Below, piece by piece: positions 38,310 to 46,802 of a stretch of 64,000 nucleotides of DNA; the first letter of the stretch is position 1, and every line of letters begins with the position of its first letter. The translations under genes were made by a program, and so were the position numbers. A model generated the notes under the pieces. That model was not told the origin of the DNA and did no database searches. It saw only the letters and a list, made by a program, of their open reading frames with translations. Origin of the DNA: a bacterium (GTDB lineage: Bacteria > Patescibacteriota > Minisyncoccia > Phycocordibacterales > JBBTRF01); NCBI GenBank assembly GCA_037130265.1, contig JBAXTI010000001.1, positions 98,092 through 162,091 of the forward strand. The letters run 5' to 3'.

Positions 38310-40607
38310 TTATTCAAAATGAATCTTCTCTCCCGCGGTGGCGCGTTTTGTGAGGCTGTCGCGGAGAAGGGGGAAGGCGGAGAGGGAGTCGTCGGTGTCG
38401 ATGAGCCGCGCGGCCTCGGCGCGCGCGGCTTCCACCATCTTCAGATTTTGCAACGCTTCCATGGCGACGTCGGTGATGCCCCATTGTCGATGGCCGTACA
38501 GTTGGCCTGATCCACGAAATTTCAGATCATATTCTGCCAATTCAAAACCGTTCTTCGCTGTCTTCAGCGCCTTGAGCCGATCCACTGTTTTCTCCGATTT
38601 GCTTTCGGCGAAGACATAACAATACGCTTGGTGATTGCTGCGGATGACGCGGCCGCGGAGCTGGTGCAGTTGTGCCAAACCAAAGCGCTCGCCACCCTCG
38701 ATGATGATCGACGTCGCATTCGGCACATTCACACCCACCTCCACCACCGAAGTGGCGCAGAGAATGTCGATCCTGTGTGCTTTGAAATCAAGCATCACCT
38801 CGTCTTTCGCTTTCGGCGTCATCTTGCTGTGCAAAATACCGAGTGTGTATTCTTGAAACACTTTTTCTTTCAACCGCTTGGCTTCTTCGGTCACCGATTT
38901 GGCATTGACCGCAGCTTCTTTGTCGGGGTCAGGCTCGTTGATGCGCGGGCAGATGACGTATGCCTGCCTTCCAGCTTGCAGCTCAGTGCGGATCTTTTCA
39001 TACACAGCATTTCGGCCGTTTGGTAGGACGATCTCGGTGATGATCGGCTTGCGGCCCATTGGCATTTGGTCGAGCAGGGTGAGATCGAGGTCGCCATACA
39101 AAGTGAGGGCGAGCGTTCGAGGAATCGGCGTTGCGGTCATTGAGAGGAGGTGTGGGGCCACGGCCGCGGAGGGTGCGATCGCGACTGACGCATCATTTTT
39201 CAACGCAAGTTTTTGGCGCTGCGAGGTGCCGAAGCGATGTTGCTCGTCAATGATGACATACGCCAAATGTTTGAATTTCACGGCCTTCTGAATGAGTGCG
39301 TGGGTGCCGATGAGGATGGGAATCTCGCCACTCTCGACCCATTTCAGCAGCTGGGTGCGGGAAATGTCAGTCCAATTTTGACGGCCTTTTTCCGCGGCGA
39401 TGCGGGCATTCGAAGCGACCTTCGAGGGGAATTTTCGGCAGCCAGAGCCGGTGATCAGGCCCACCTGCAGGCCGAGGTGAGTGAAATAATTGATGAAAGA
39501 TTCGAAGTGCTGCGTCGCGAGGATTTCGGTGGGGCACATATAGGCGACTTGGAGATTGCCGAACGTCTGTGGAATGCGCTTGCCGTCTTTCACCATGCTC
39601 GGGCGCGAAGTCACGATGGCATAGACGGTCGCGGCTGCCACGGCGGTCTTGCCGGAACCCACATCACCCTCCAACAGTCGCGACATCGGTTTGCCACTTT
39701 TGAAATCGGCGAGGATGGTGTGGATTGCGGTGTGTTGCGCCTCGGTAGCTTTGAATGGAAAGCGACCGATGAAGTCAGCGAGTTCTTGCTCGGTCTTTTC
39801 GATGATGAAGCCGTTGAGTTTTTGATACTGCTTGCGGTCGCGTTGCTTTTGTAGCTGGATGAAAAAGATCTCTTCGAAAGCGAAGCGTTTGCGTGCGGCG
39901 AGCGCGTCACTTCCTTTTTGCGGCGCGTGGATCCAGATGAGGGCGGTGCGCAGTGAGGGGAGATTGTATTTTTCGATGATAGCGGTCGGGAGGGGATCGA
40001 TGAGGGTTTCCAAAATACCGGATTTGAAGACTCTCTGAATGGCGTGATACATCCAATTGGAAGTGATGCCGCGTGATTCGGGATATACCGGATACAAGGT
40101 GTGGGCCTCGCCGTCGGCGCCGAACAGAGAATCGCCGACGGCGATCGGCACCTTTGCGATGGCTTCGATTTTTGGATTACTCAAATACAATTCGCCGCGC
40201 ACGGTCGGTTCGGCGATCACTTCGCCGTCTGCATTCTTTTTCCGCTTCTCACTCACCTTACCTTCGACACGCACAAAGGCACCCTCGGCTGTCATCTTCG
40301 CGAGGTACGGCTGGTTGAACCACACGGCTTTGATCCGGCCAGTGTCATCTTCAATCGTTCCCTCTGCCATGGCGATGTGACTACGAAAACCCTTGCTGGT
40401 TTTCAGACCGGTGATGCGACCGAAGATCACTGCGACGTCACCTTTGGCGAGATTGGCGATTGGGCGCATGTCGGACACGTCACCGTATCGTGCGGGGAAG
40501 TGGTAGAGGAGGTCTTCGGCGGTGCGGAGGCCAAGTTTCGCCAGTGCCTTCTTCTGAGGCTCTAGTAGGCGCTGGAATTCGGTGATGGGAGTCTGCAAAT
40601 ACATCAC
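38310..40607 (-). CDS. recG: ATP-dependent DNA helicase RecG
   Basis: OB wedge (WFNQPYL), GDVGSGKT, DEQHRFG, MTATPIPRTL, QLHQLRGRV. Confidence 0.97.
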   Translation of the reverse strand: MMYLQTPITEFQRLLEPQKKALAKLGLRTAEDLLYHFPARYGDVSDMRPIANLAKGDVAVIFGRITGLKTSKGFRSHIAMAEGTIEDDTGRIKAVWFNQPYLAKMTAEGAFVRVEGKVSEKRKKNADGEVIAEPTVRGELYLSNPKIEAIAKVPIAVGDSLFGADGEAHTLYPVYPESRGITSNWMYHAIQRVFKSGILETLIDPLPTAIIEKYNLPSLRTALIWIHAPQKGSDALAARKRFAFEEIFFIQLQKQRDRKQYQKLNGFIIEKTEQELADFIGRFPFKATEAQHTAIHTILADFKSGKPMSRLLEGDVGSGKTAVAAATVYAIVTSRPSMVKDGKRIPQTFGNLQVAYMCPTEILATQHFESFINYFTHLGLQVGLITGSGCRKFPSKVASNARIAAEKGRQNWTDISRTQLLKWVESGEIPILIGTHALIQKAVKFKHLAYVIIDEQHRFGTSQRQKLALKNDASVAIAPSAAVAPHLLSMTATPIPRTLALTLYGDLDLTLLDQMPMGRKPIITEIVLPNGRNAVYEKIRTELQAGRQAYVICPRINEPDPDKEAAVNAKSVTEEAKRLKEKVFQEYTLGILHSKMTPKAKDEVMLDFKAHRIDILCATSVVEVGVNVPNATSIIIEGGERFGLAQLHQLRGRVIRSNHQAYCYVFAESKSEKTVDRLKALKTAKNGFELAEYDLKFRGSGQLYGHRQWGITDVAMEALQNLKMVEAARAEAARLIDTDDSLSAFPLLRDSLTKRATAGEKIHFE

Positions 40608-40730
40608 TGTATTGTATCCGACTCCGCCGTTGGCTGCAGATTGACTTTTTATCCAAAATGTGCTAGGGTTTAGGCCGTTTCGCTCTGATCTGTTTCAGAG
40701 CACATTGCACAAAAGTAAAAAATAAATCCT

Positions 40731-41255
40731 ATGCCACCCAAGAAAAAGCGTCCGACGCCGCTGCTTGTTGCTCTCGCGGTCACTTCTGCACACAACATTC
40801 GTGACGTGCCACCTTCCGCGGTGGAAGTAATCGCCGCAAAAGTCATTGGTGGGTCGCGTCTCAAGACGGACACTTTCTACCAGCACACTACCAACATTGG
40901 AGGCTCGGCCCTCCTGGTCGCACAGGATTTCGTGAAATGGCTTGTTCATCATACGGAGAGTCCGCTCTGCGTGGTGGTTGGTCTCGAAAGATTCGCAAAC
41001 ACAGCCCTAGGTCGTATGATCGGCTCGTGCGGTCAACACCTCAAAGTTTACGACCTTGCATCGATGGTGTCCGGACAGGCCCTTGACCTCGCCATGGTTA
41101 TCGAGATTACGGAAAACATTGCCCATGGCGCTATCGATGCCACAGGTGGTCACATTCCGCCACGGCGCGAAGTTGATTTCATCGAGGCGCAGCTCAAGGA
41201 GCGCTTCAAGGGCCTTTTGCCTCTCACGATGCGCAAACGCCGCCCGACAAAGTAG
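40731..41255 (+). CDS. Hypothetical protein (orphan)
   Basis: 174-aa ORF, TTGACT-17-TAGGGT promoter at 40641, terminator near 41288-41328. Confidence 0.6.
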   Translation: MPPKKKRPTPLLVALAVTSAHNIRDVPPSAVEVIAAKVIGGSRLKTDTFYQHTTNIGGSALLVAQDFVKWLVHHTESPLCVVVGLERFANTALGRMIGSCGQHLKVYDLASMVSGQALDLAMVIEITENIAHGAIDATGGHIPPRREVDFIEAQLKERFKGLLPLTMRKRRPTK

Positions 41256-41360
41256 TCGGAAAGCAATTTGAGTCGAAGTAAGTTCTCGCCGCCCGCGCCT
41301 TCATCGGCCGGGCGGTTTTTTCTTTTTACATCCGCCACTTCGGCACGCTATACTGTCCCC

Positions 41361-42068
41361 ATGGAAGCATTGGTCGTGAAGATGGAGTCTTCTTGGAGGA
41401 AGGTCCTGGCTGGCGAATTTGCGAGGCCATACTTCGAGGTGCTCTCACGTTTTGTTGACGAGGAGTATTTGCAGAGCAAAAAAGGTGTGAGTGGCACAAA
41501 GGCGATTTTTCCACCGTCGACAGAAGTATTTCGCGCCTTTGATCTGTGTCCGTTCGATCAAGTGAAAGTAATAATTCTCGGACAGGATCCGTATCATGGC
41601 GCCGGGCAGGCGAATGGCCTGTGTTTTGCGGTGAATAAAGGCGTGGTCCCGCCGTCACTGAAAAATATATTCAAAGAACTCGTGGCCGACCTTGGTCCAG
41701 ATGCGGCGCCCGAGCCAGGTGCTTGTGGCGACCTGTCTCGTTGGGCGAAGCAAGGCGTCTTGCTTTTGAACGCAACACTCACGGTCCGTGCAAACACACC
41801 CGGCTCGCATCAGGGCAAGGGTTGGGAAGAATTCACTGATGCGGCGGTGTCGGCACTGTCGCGCGAGAAGGAGGGGCTTGTCTTCATGTTGTGGGGCAAC
41901 TATGCCAAGAAAAAAGGCGCGATGATCGATCGCTCAAAACATCTCGTACTCGAAGCTGCGCACCCGTCGCCATTTTCTGCATACGACGGATTTTTTGGCT
42001 GCAAGCATTTCAGCAGGGCCAACGCATATTTGAAGGCGAAAGGGATCAGTGAAGTCGATTGGCGATAG
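41361..42068 (+). CDS. ung: Uracil-DNA glycosylase family 1
   Basis: GQDPYH, PPSL.NI, QGVLLLN, HPSP. Confidence 0.97.
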   Translation: MEALVVKMESSWRKVLAGEFARPYFEVLSRFVDEEYLQSKKGVSGTKAIFPPSTEVFRAFDLCPFDQVKVIILGQDPYHGAGQANGLCFAVNKGVVPPSLKNIFKELVADLGPDAAPEPGACGDLSRWAKQGVLLLNATLTVRANTPGSHQGKGWEEFTDAAVSALSREKEGLVFMLWGNYAKKKGAMIDRSKHLVLEAAHPSPFSAYDGFFGCKHFSRANAYLKAKGISEVDWR

Positions 42069-42075
42069 GGTGAGC

Positions 42076-42125
42076 AAAAAGAAAACCGCTTCCGTCGTGT
42101 CTGGGACGGAAGCGGTTTTCTTTTT
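42076..42125. terminator. Bidirectional terminator
   Basis: aaaaagaaaaccgcttccgtc/gacggaagcggttttcttttt between convergent genes. Confidence 0.85.
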
Positions 42126-42127
42126 GT

Positions 42128-42595
42128 TTACTGAGTGACAATGATCAACCCCTTTGCTGAAGGATTGTTCTTGTTGAAATACTGATAGGTCCCTGGGGTC
42201 ACGAAGCTAAAGTTGTACACGCCGCCTTTGCCAACAGATCGCTCTTGGTTGAATGTTGGGAATTCGCTGTGATATGCGTCAGGGCCTGACATCACCCACA
42301 TTGAGAGGGTGCTGTTGTTTACAAATTTCATACCCTCGCCGGCCTTCACGTTGAGAGTGGTTGGGGTGAACGCTCCTGCGGCGTATGAAACGGTATTCTT
42401 CGCAACTGGTGTTGCCTTCACTACTGGCTTTGGTGTTGGGGCTGTAGGGGTGGTGTCCTGTACTGGTGGTGTGAGGGTGGCCTGAGATTGCTGTTGAGTA
42501 TTTTGTTCAGCTGGTGCCTGTGCGCTATTGAAATAGAAGAAGAGTCCGACGATGACGATGACTGCGACGAGCGTGATGGATTGATTTTTATTCAT
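42128..42595 (-). CDS. Membrane-anchored cupredoxin-fold protein
   Basis: TM + Pro/Thr linker + F.P.TL.VKAG..M.FVN...Y.F.F..PGTY.Y...G.I.V. Confidence 0.7.
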   Translation of the reverse strand: MNKNQSITLVAVIVIVGLFFYFNSAQAPAEQNTQQQSQATLTPPVQDTTPTAPTPKPVVKATPVAKNTVSYAAGAFTPTTLNVKAGEGMKFVNNSTLSMWVMSGPDAYHSEFPTFNQERSVGKGGVYNFSFVTPGTYQYFNKNNPSAKGLIIVTQ

Positions 42596-42658
42596 ATTGA
42601 TTGTCTTGTGGGTATGCGGATAAGTATACTCCTGGCCGTTTGGGAGCGCGAGGGATAT

Positions 42659-43090
42659 TTATTGGATTGGCGGCAAAAGAACAATTGGAGGTACTATCTG
42701 TGCCGCACTGCGAGCATTAGAGATTTTTGCGCTCACTGTTGCTAATAAAAGGTAGGCTAACACGAAGACTGAAACAAGCCAGAAGGCCTTCAGTTTTTGT
42801 TGAGAAAATAGTCCCCGAATTGCGCACACGACTACGTAGCTTAGTAATATCGAGAAAATAATTATTGGTACGACGAAGAGAGGCAGTGTGTATGTTTCTA
42901 CGGAGAAAGTTTTTAGTGGAGTAATGATTAACACTGCGATCGGGGTGATCATCGCGCAGACGACACTTAAACTACTGCTAAATCCACATCCTATAGCGAG
43001 AAGCGGCGTAAATGCAAAAAAGATGCTTAAGAATAGTACGTAGAAAAAGGTTTTTACGTTAACTTTAAAAAATGACTTTTCTGTTTCCAT
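42659..43090 (-). CDS. Hypothetical multi-TM membrane protein
   Basis: 143 aa, about four hydrophobic helices, AT-rich. Confidence 0.6.
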   Translation of the reverse strand: METEKSFFKVNVKTFFYVLFLSIFFAFTPLLAIGCGFSSSLSVVCAMITPIAVLIITPLKTFSVETYTLPLFVVPIIIFSILLSYVVVCAIRGLFSQQKLKAFWLVSVFVLAYLLLATVSAKISNARSAAQIVPPIVLLPPIQ

Positions 43091-43152
43091 TTACAAATAA
43101 TAACACGTTTCAACTTCAATAGTCTGTAAAATACGGAAATATTATATATGGC

Positions 43153-43368
43153 GTGTCGGTGGAGACGACCAACATCCCATTATTCGAAGGGAAAAAAGTA
43201 CGTAAGATCGTTCATGATGATAAATGATGGTTCTCTATTGTTGATATTTGCGAAGTATTGACCGGTAGTCCTGATCCAGGTGCCTACTGGAGAAAGCTCA
43301 AGCAAAGGCTTATTGATAAAAATAGTGAAGTCGTGACATTTTGTCACGGGTTGAAACTGGAGGCACAG
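43153..43368 (+). pseudogene. Truncated Bro-N-domain gene copy
   Basis: VSVETTNIPLFEGKKVRKIVHDDK*WFSIVDIC...TFCHGLKLEA aligns with the 43597 gene; TGA at 43225 replaces a Trp; ends at a repeat of the tRNA 3' end. Confidence 0.85.
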
Positions 43369-43373
43369 GTTTG

Positions 43374-43388
43374 GGCGGAAAGAGTGGG
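43374..43388 (+). repeat. 15-bp direct repeat of the tRNA-Ser(ACU) 3' end (att-like)
   Basis: ggcggaaagagtggg is identical to 44442-44456. Confidence 0.7.
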
Positions 43389-43558
43389 CGTACGCGGGTT
43401 TCGGCATTGATTTTATTGCAGCCTTTGTGAGTATTTGGGCGGTGGATGGGTTTGGTGGTGCGCTGGCTCTGCCGGTTGTCGCGTTTGCGATACTGGCAGT
43501 GAGTTATGTGTACGGGGAGAAGCTGCGGAAAGGTGCGGGCGCAGAGAATGTTGCGTAG
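43379..43558 (+). pseudogene. 3' fragment of a DoxX-like membrane protein gene
   Basis: KEWAYAGFGIDFIAAFVSIWAVDG...LAVSYVY...*; KEWAYAG is typical of DoxX-like proteins; no 5' half present. Confidence 0.65.
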
Positions 43559-43596
43559 TAATGATTTGAGTCACGTCCGAGGAATTTTGATATAAT

Positions 43597-44436
43597 GTGT
43601 CGGTGGAGACGACCAAGATCTCATTATTCGAAGGGAAAAAAGTACGTAAGACCATTCATTGTGATGAATGGTGGTTTTCTGTTGTTGATATAGTCGAAGC
43701 TCTCACGGACTCAACGAATCCACGCGTATATTGGGCAGTGATGAAAGATCGCTTGGAGAAAGATGAGAAAGTTCAACTGTTTACATTTTGTAAACAGTTG
43801 AAATTGGAGGCGTCTGATGGCAAAATGCGAGAAACTGATTGTGCGAATACCGAAGGGGTATTTCGTATTATTCAGTCTATTCCATCGCCGAAAGCGGAGC
43901 CATTTAAACGTTGGTTGGCACAGGTTGGGTACGAGCGTGTCAAGGAGATCGAAAATCCAGAATTGGCCCAGGACAGAATGAAGGCGTTGTATGAAAAGAA
44001 GGGTTATTCAAAGGGCTGGATCGACAAGCGGATTCGTGGCATTGCGATACGGCAGAGTTTGACTGATGAGTGGAAAGAAAGGGGGATTTTTGGCGAACAA
44101 GATTACGCTATCTTGACCGCTGAGATTTCTAAGGCGACATTCGGCATGACTCCGAGCGAGTACAAGGAGTACAAGCACTTGAAAAAGGAAAATTTGCGTG
44201 ATCACATGACCGACTTGGAGCTTATCTTTACGATGCTTGGAGAGCGGGTGACGACTGAGATATCGGAGATTGAGAAGCCGGAAACGTTTGATAAAAATAA
44301 GCAGGTGGCGAAGCGTGGTGGTAGGGTTGCGGGGAATGCGAGAAAGCAGACGGAGAAGGAAATTGGGAAGAGTGTGGTGTCGAAGAAGAATTTTTTGGGG
44401 AAAGGGGATGTTGGGGTGTTGGAGAAAGAGCTTTGA
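43597..44436 (+). CDS. Bro-N domain / phage antirepressor-like protein
   Basis: LFEGKKVR, WWFSVVDIV, RIIQSIPSPKAEPFKRWLA, NLRDHMT.LELIF.ML.E. Confidence 0.9.
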   Translation: MSVETTKISLFEGKKVRKTIHCDEWWFSVVDIVEALTDSTNPRVYWAVMKDRLEKDEKVQLFTFCKQLKLEASDGKMRETDCANTEGVFRIIQSIPSPKAEPFKRWLAQVGYERVKEIENPELAQDRMKALYEKKGYSKGWIDKRIRGIAIRQSLTDEWKERGIFGEQDYAILTAEISKATFGMTPSEYKEYKHLKKENLRDHMTDLELIFTMLGERVTTEISEIEKPETFDKNKQVAKRGGRVAGNARKQTEKEIGKSVVSKKNFLGKGDVGVLEKEL

Positions 44437-44440
44437 ATTT

Positions 44441-44530
44441 TGGCGGAAAGAGTGGGATTCGAACCCACGGTCCGTTTAACGGGACGACGGTTTAGTAAAC
44501 CGTTGATTTAAACCACTCATCCATCTTTCC
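44441..44530 (-). tRNA. tRNA-Ser with ACU anticodon
   Basis: GGAAAGA/TCTTTCC-G-CCA, long variable arm, anticodon arm ACGGT-TT-ACT-AA-ACCGT. Confidence 0.88.
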
Positions 44531-44536
44531 AAGGTT

Positions 44537-44661
44537 TTGATTCGGTCCCTCGACCATCGTCAAATTGATTCGGTCCCTACAGGACCTGTACAGGCTTCGT
44601 ATTTTCTTAAAGCTCGCACGGCTCGCTTATCGAAAATATACTCAGCCTTTTCGAATCCCCC
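44537..44661. repeat. Structured element between the two tRNA-Ser genes
   Basis: 14-bp direct repeat ttgattcggtccct (44537, 44565); hairpin aggct..gtattttc..gaaaatat..agcct; ends in ttcgaatccccc, an inverted T-arm copy. Confidence 0.5.
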
Positions 44662-44720
44662 ACGAAAAGTCCGAAGGGACTTTTCTCCCTTCCTTGTTCG
44701 TGAGCTCCGCTCACTTTCTG

Positions 44721-44808
44721 CGGAAGGGGGGGGATTCGAACCCCCGAGGGTTGTTTAGACCCTGCCTCTTTAGCAAAGAGGTACATTCGACCGCTCTGAC
44801 ACCCCTCC
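44721..44808 (-). tRNA. tRNA-Ser(GCU)
   Basis: GGAGGGG/CCCTTCC-G, long variable arm, CCTCT-TT-GCT-AA-AGAGG. Confidence 0.93.
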
Positions 44809-44878
44809 GTGGACATTGGCGATGATAGCATATTTTCCTGCGTTTATGCCAGTCTTTGTCGGACTAGCAGGGGGTATT

Positions 44879-45622
44879 TTAATGAGCGAGGGCAATAGCG
44901 AGTACCTCGCTGGCGCCCGCTCGCCGCAGTGTCTCGCGGGCTTGCCCCAGGGTGCTCCCGGTAGTCATGACGTCATCGATGATGAATATCTTCCGGTCAC
45001 GCGTATTTTCGCATGCACCGCCAATGTTTGAAACCTCAAAACAATCGTTCAGATTTTTTAGCCGTTCCGCTCGTGAGAGTTTTGTTTGCGGTGTCGTGTG
45101 ATGTTTGCGACGCAGGAGGTCTGGCGCGACACACCACTCCTCATTTTTCGGCAATTGTTCGAGGATCAGTTCAATCTGATTGTATCCGCGCTCGCGCTGT
45201 CGCTTCTCGGAAAGGGGGATCGGTACAAGAAGGATGGGTGCTCTACCACCGTCACTCGTTGAGACATGTTTTTGTAGTTCCTCCGCCACCAACTCGGCAA
45301 AAAGCTTCGCCACCTTGGCATTCTTCCGATATTTCAGTTCCCACACCGCGGCACGGACATGACGGTCACGATAGGAGAGGATCGCACGTGACCAGTCGGC
45401 ACATTCTGGTGGGTAATGGCCACGGAAGCGACGGCTGTGGGGGCTGGATGTGGTGTCGCCGGATGAGATGCTGCCAGCAAAACACTCCGCCGACATCTGC
45501 TCGAGCTCCCGCACCAAGCCGCTTTTCGGAAACAGGAGGTTGAGAATAATATCCAGGGCGGTGTAGAGTGATGCGCGTAAGCTTGTGCGTAGGGTGCTGT
45601 GGAATTTCGCGAAACATTTCAT
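44879..45622 (-). CDS. comF: ComF-family phosphoribosyltransferase-like competence protein (start uncertain)
   Basis: LKY, VPIPL...R.RERGYNQ, Q..L.R.ER..N, IIDDVMTTGSTL. Confidence 0.9.
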   Translation of the reverse strand: MKCFAKFHSTLRTSLRASLYTALDIILNLLFPKSGLVRELEQMSAECFAGSISSGDTTSSPHSRRFRGHYPPECADWSRAILSYRDRHVRAAVWELKYRKNAKVAKLFAELVAEELQKHVSTSDGGRAPILLVPIPLSEKRQRERGYNQIELILEQLPKNEEWCVAPDLLRRKHHTTPQTKLSRAERLKNLNDCFEVSNIGGACENTRDRKIFIIDDVMTTGSTLGQARETLRRAGASEVLAIALAH

Positions 45623-45645
45623 GCTATAATTTTACCACCTTCTCA

Positions 45646-46734
45646 ATGGACAATCCCTTCCGAAAACTTACCGGTCTCTTCAAAAAAGGGGAGTCGAGCG
45701 TCGTTGGCGTGGATATTGGTCCTTCGTCGATCAAGGTGGTGCAACTAAAAAAGCAGAATGGCAGGGCGGTGCTTGAAACATACGGTGCTTTGGCGCTCGG
45801 TCCGTACGCAGGTATCGAAGTGGGGCGTGCCACCCGTCTGCCACCGCAGAAGCTCGCCGAAGCTTTGCTTGATTTGCTTCGAGAGGCAAGTGTCACCACG
45901 AAGAATGCGGGCCTCTCAATCCCAATGTCTTCGAGTTTGGTGAATGTTATCCAAGTGCCGGAAGTGGACCAGAAGCAGCTTGTGCAGATGATTCCGATCG
46001 AAGCCCGAAAGTATATTCCAATCTCAATCAGTGAAGTGTCTCTCGACTGGTGGGTGATTCCAAAAGATGAGACACAGGAAAAAGATGGCAAGCTCGACGT
46101 GTTGCTTGTGGTGATCCACAACGACGCTCTTCAGCAAGCGAGAGATGTCATCAAGCTTTCGGCCCTCGACACCTCTTTCTTCGAGATTGAGATTTTCAGT
46201 ACAATCCGCGCTGTACTTGACCATGAAGCTGATCCGGCGATGATTATTGACCTCGGCGCCGGTTCAACCAAGCTCTACATTGTCGATCGCGGCATTCTCC
46301 GTGTTTCCCATATCGTGACTCGAGGTTCGCAGGATTTCACCCTCGCATTGTCGCAATCACTCGGCATCACTATCGAAGAAGCCGAAGTGATGAAGCGTGA
46401 GAAAGGACTGCTCGCCGGTGCGGAAAACAGTGAGCTCGCTGGTGTGATGACCTCGAGTATCAACATGATTTTCTCCGAGGCCAACCGCGTGCTCCTCAAT
46501 TATCAGAAGAAATTCCACAAAAATGTCGGCAAAGTGGTGCTCACTGGCGGTGGCTCGATGCTCAAGGGTTTTGCTGAGCTCGCCCAGAAGGAGCTTCAGA
46601 CCCCAGTGGTCTCCGCCGATCCATTTACCAAGATCCAGTCGCCAGCTTTTCTCGAAAAGGTGCTGAAAGACGCCGGTCCGGAGTTTGCGGTGGCTGTCGG
46701 AATCGCTTTGCGCAAGCTACAGGAGTTTGATTAG
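45646..46734 (+). CDS. pilM: Type IV pilus assembly protein PilM
   Basis: VGVDIG.SSIKVV, EARKYIP, IDLGA, LTGGGS, A.G.ALR. Confidence 0.95.
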   Translation: MDNPFRKLTGLFKKGESSVVGVDIGPSSIKVVQLKKQNGRAVLETYGALALGPYAGIEVGRATRLPPQKLAEALLDLLREASVTTKNAGLSIPMSSSLVNVIQVPEVDQKQLVQMIPIEARKYIPISISEVSLDWWVIPKDETQEKDGKLDVLLVVIHNDALQQARDVIKLSALDTSFFEIEIFSTIRAVLDHEADPAMIIDLGAGSTKLYIVDRGILRVSHIVTRGSQDFTLALSQSLGITIEEAEVMKREKGLLAGAENSELAGVMTSSINMIFSEANRVLLNYQKKFHKNVGKVVLTGGGSMLKGFAELAQKELQTPVVSADPFTKIQSPAFLEKVLKDAGPEFAVAVGIALRKLQEFD

Positions 46735-46802
46735 CCTCCCGCCCCTAGGATATACACAGTGTCCGGCAAGCGCTCCAGACTATTCCGTACTATAATAGAC
46801 GG

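Noticed and set aside
43225-43227. In-frame TGA at a conserved Trp suggesting stop-codon reassignment
   Set aside because: It occurs only in a truncated fragment. Core genes are intact under code 11, and TGA ends pilD, the 56589 pilin and Bro-N.
31459-44456. Prophage or ICE suggested by dinD and Bro-N
   Set aside because: No integrase, structural or replication genes; these are small islets among housekeeping genes.
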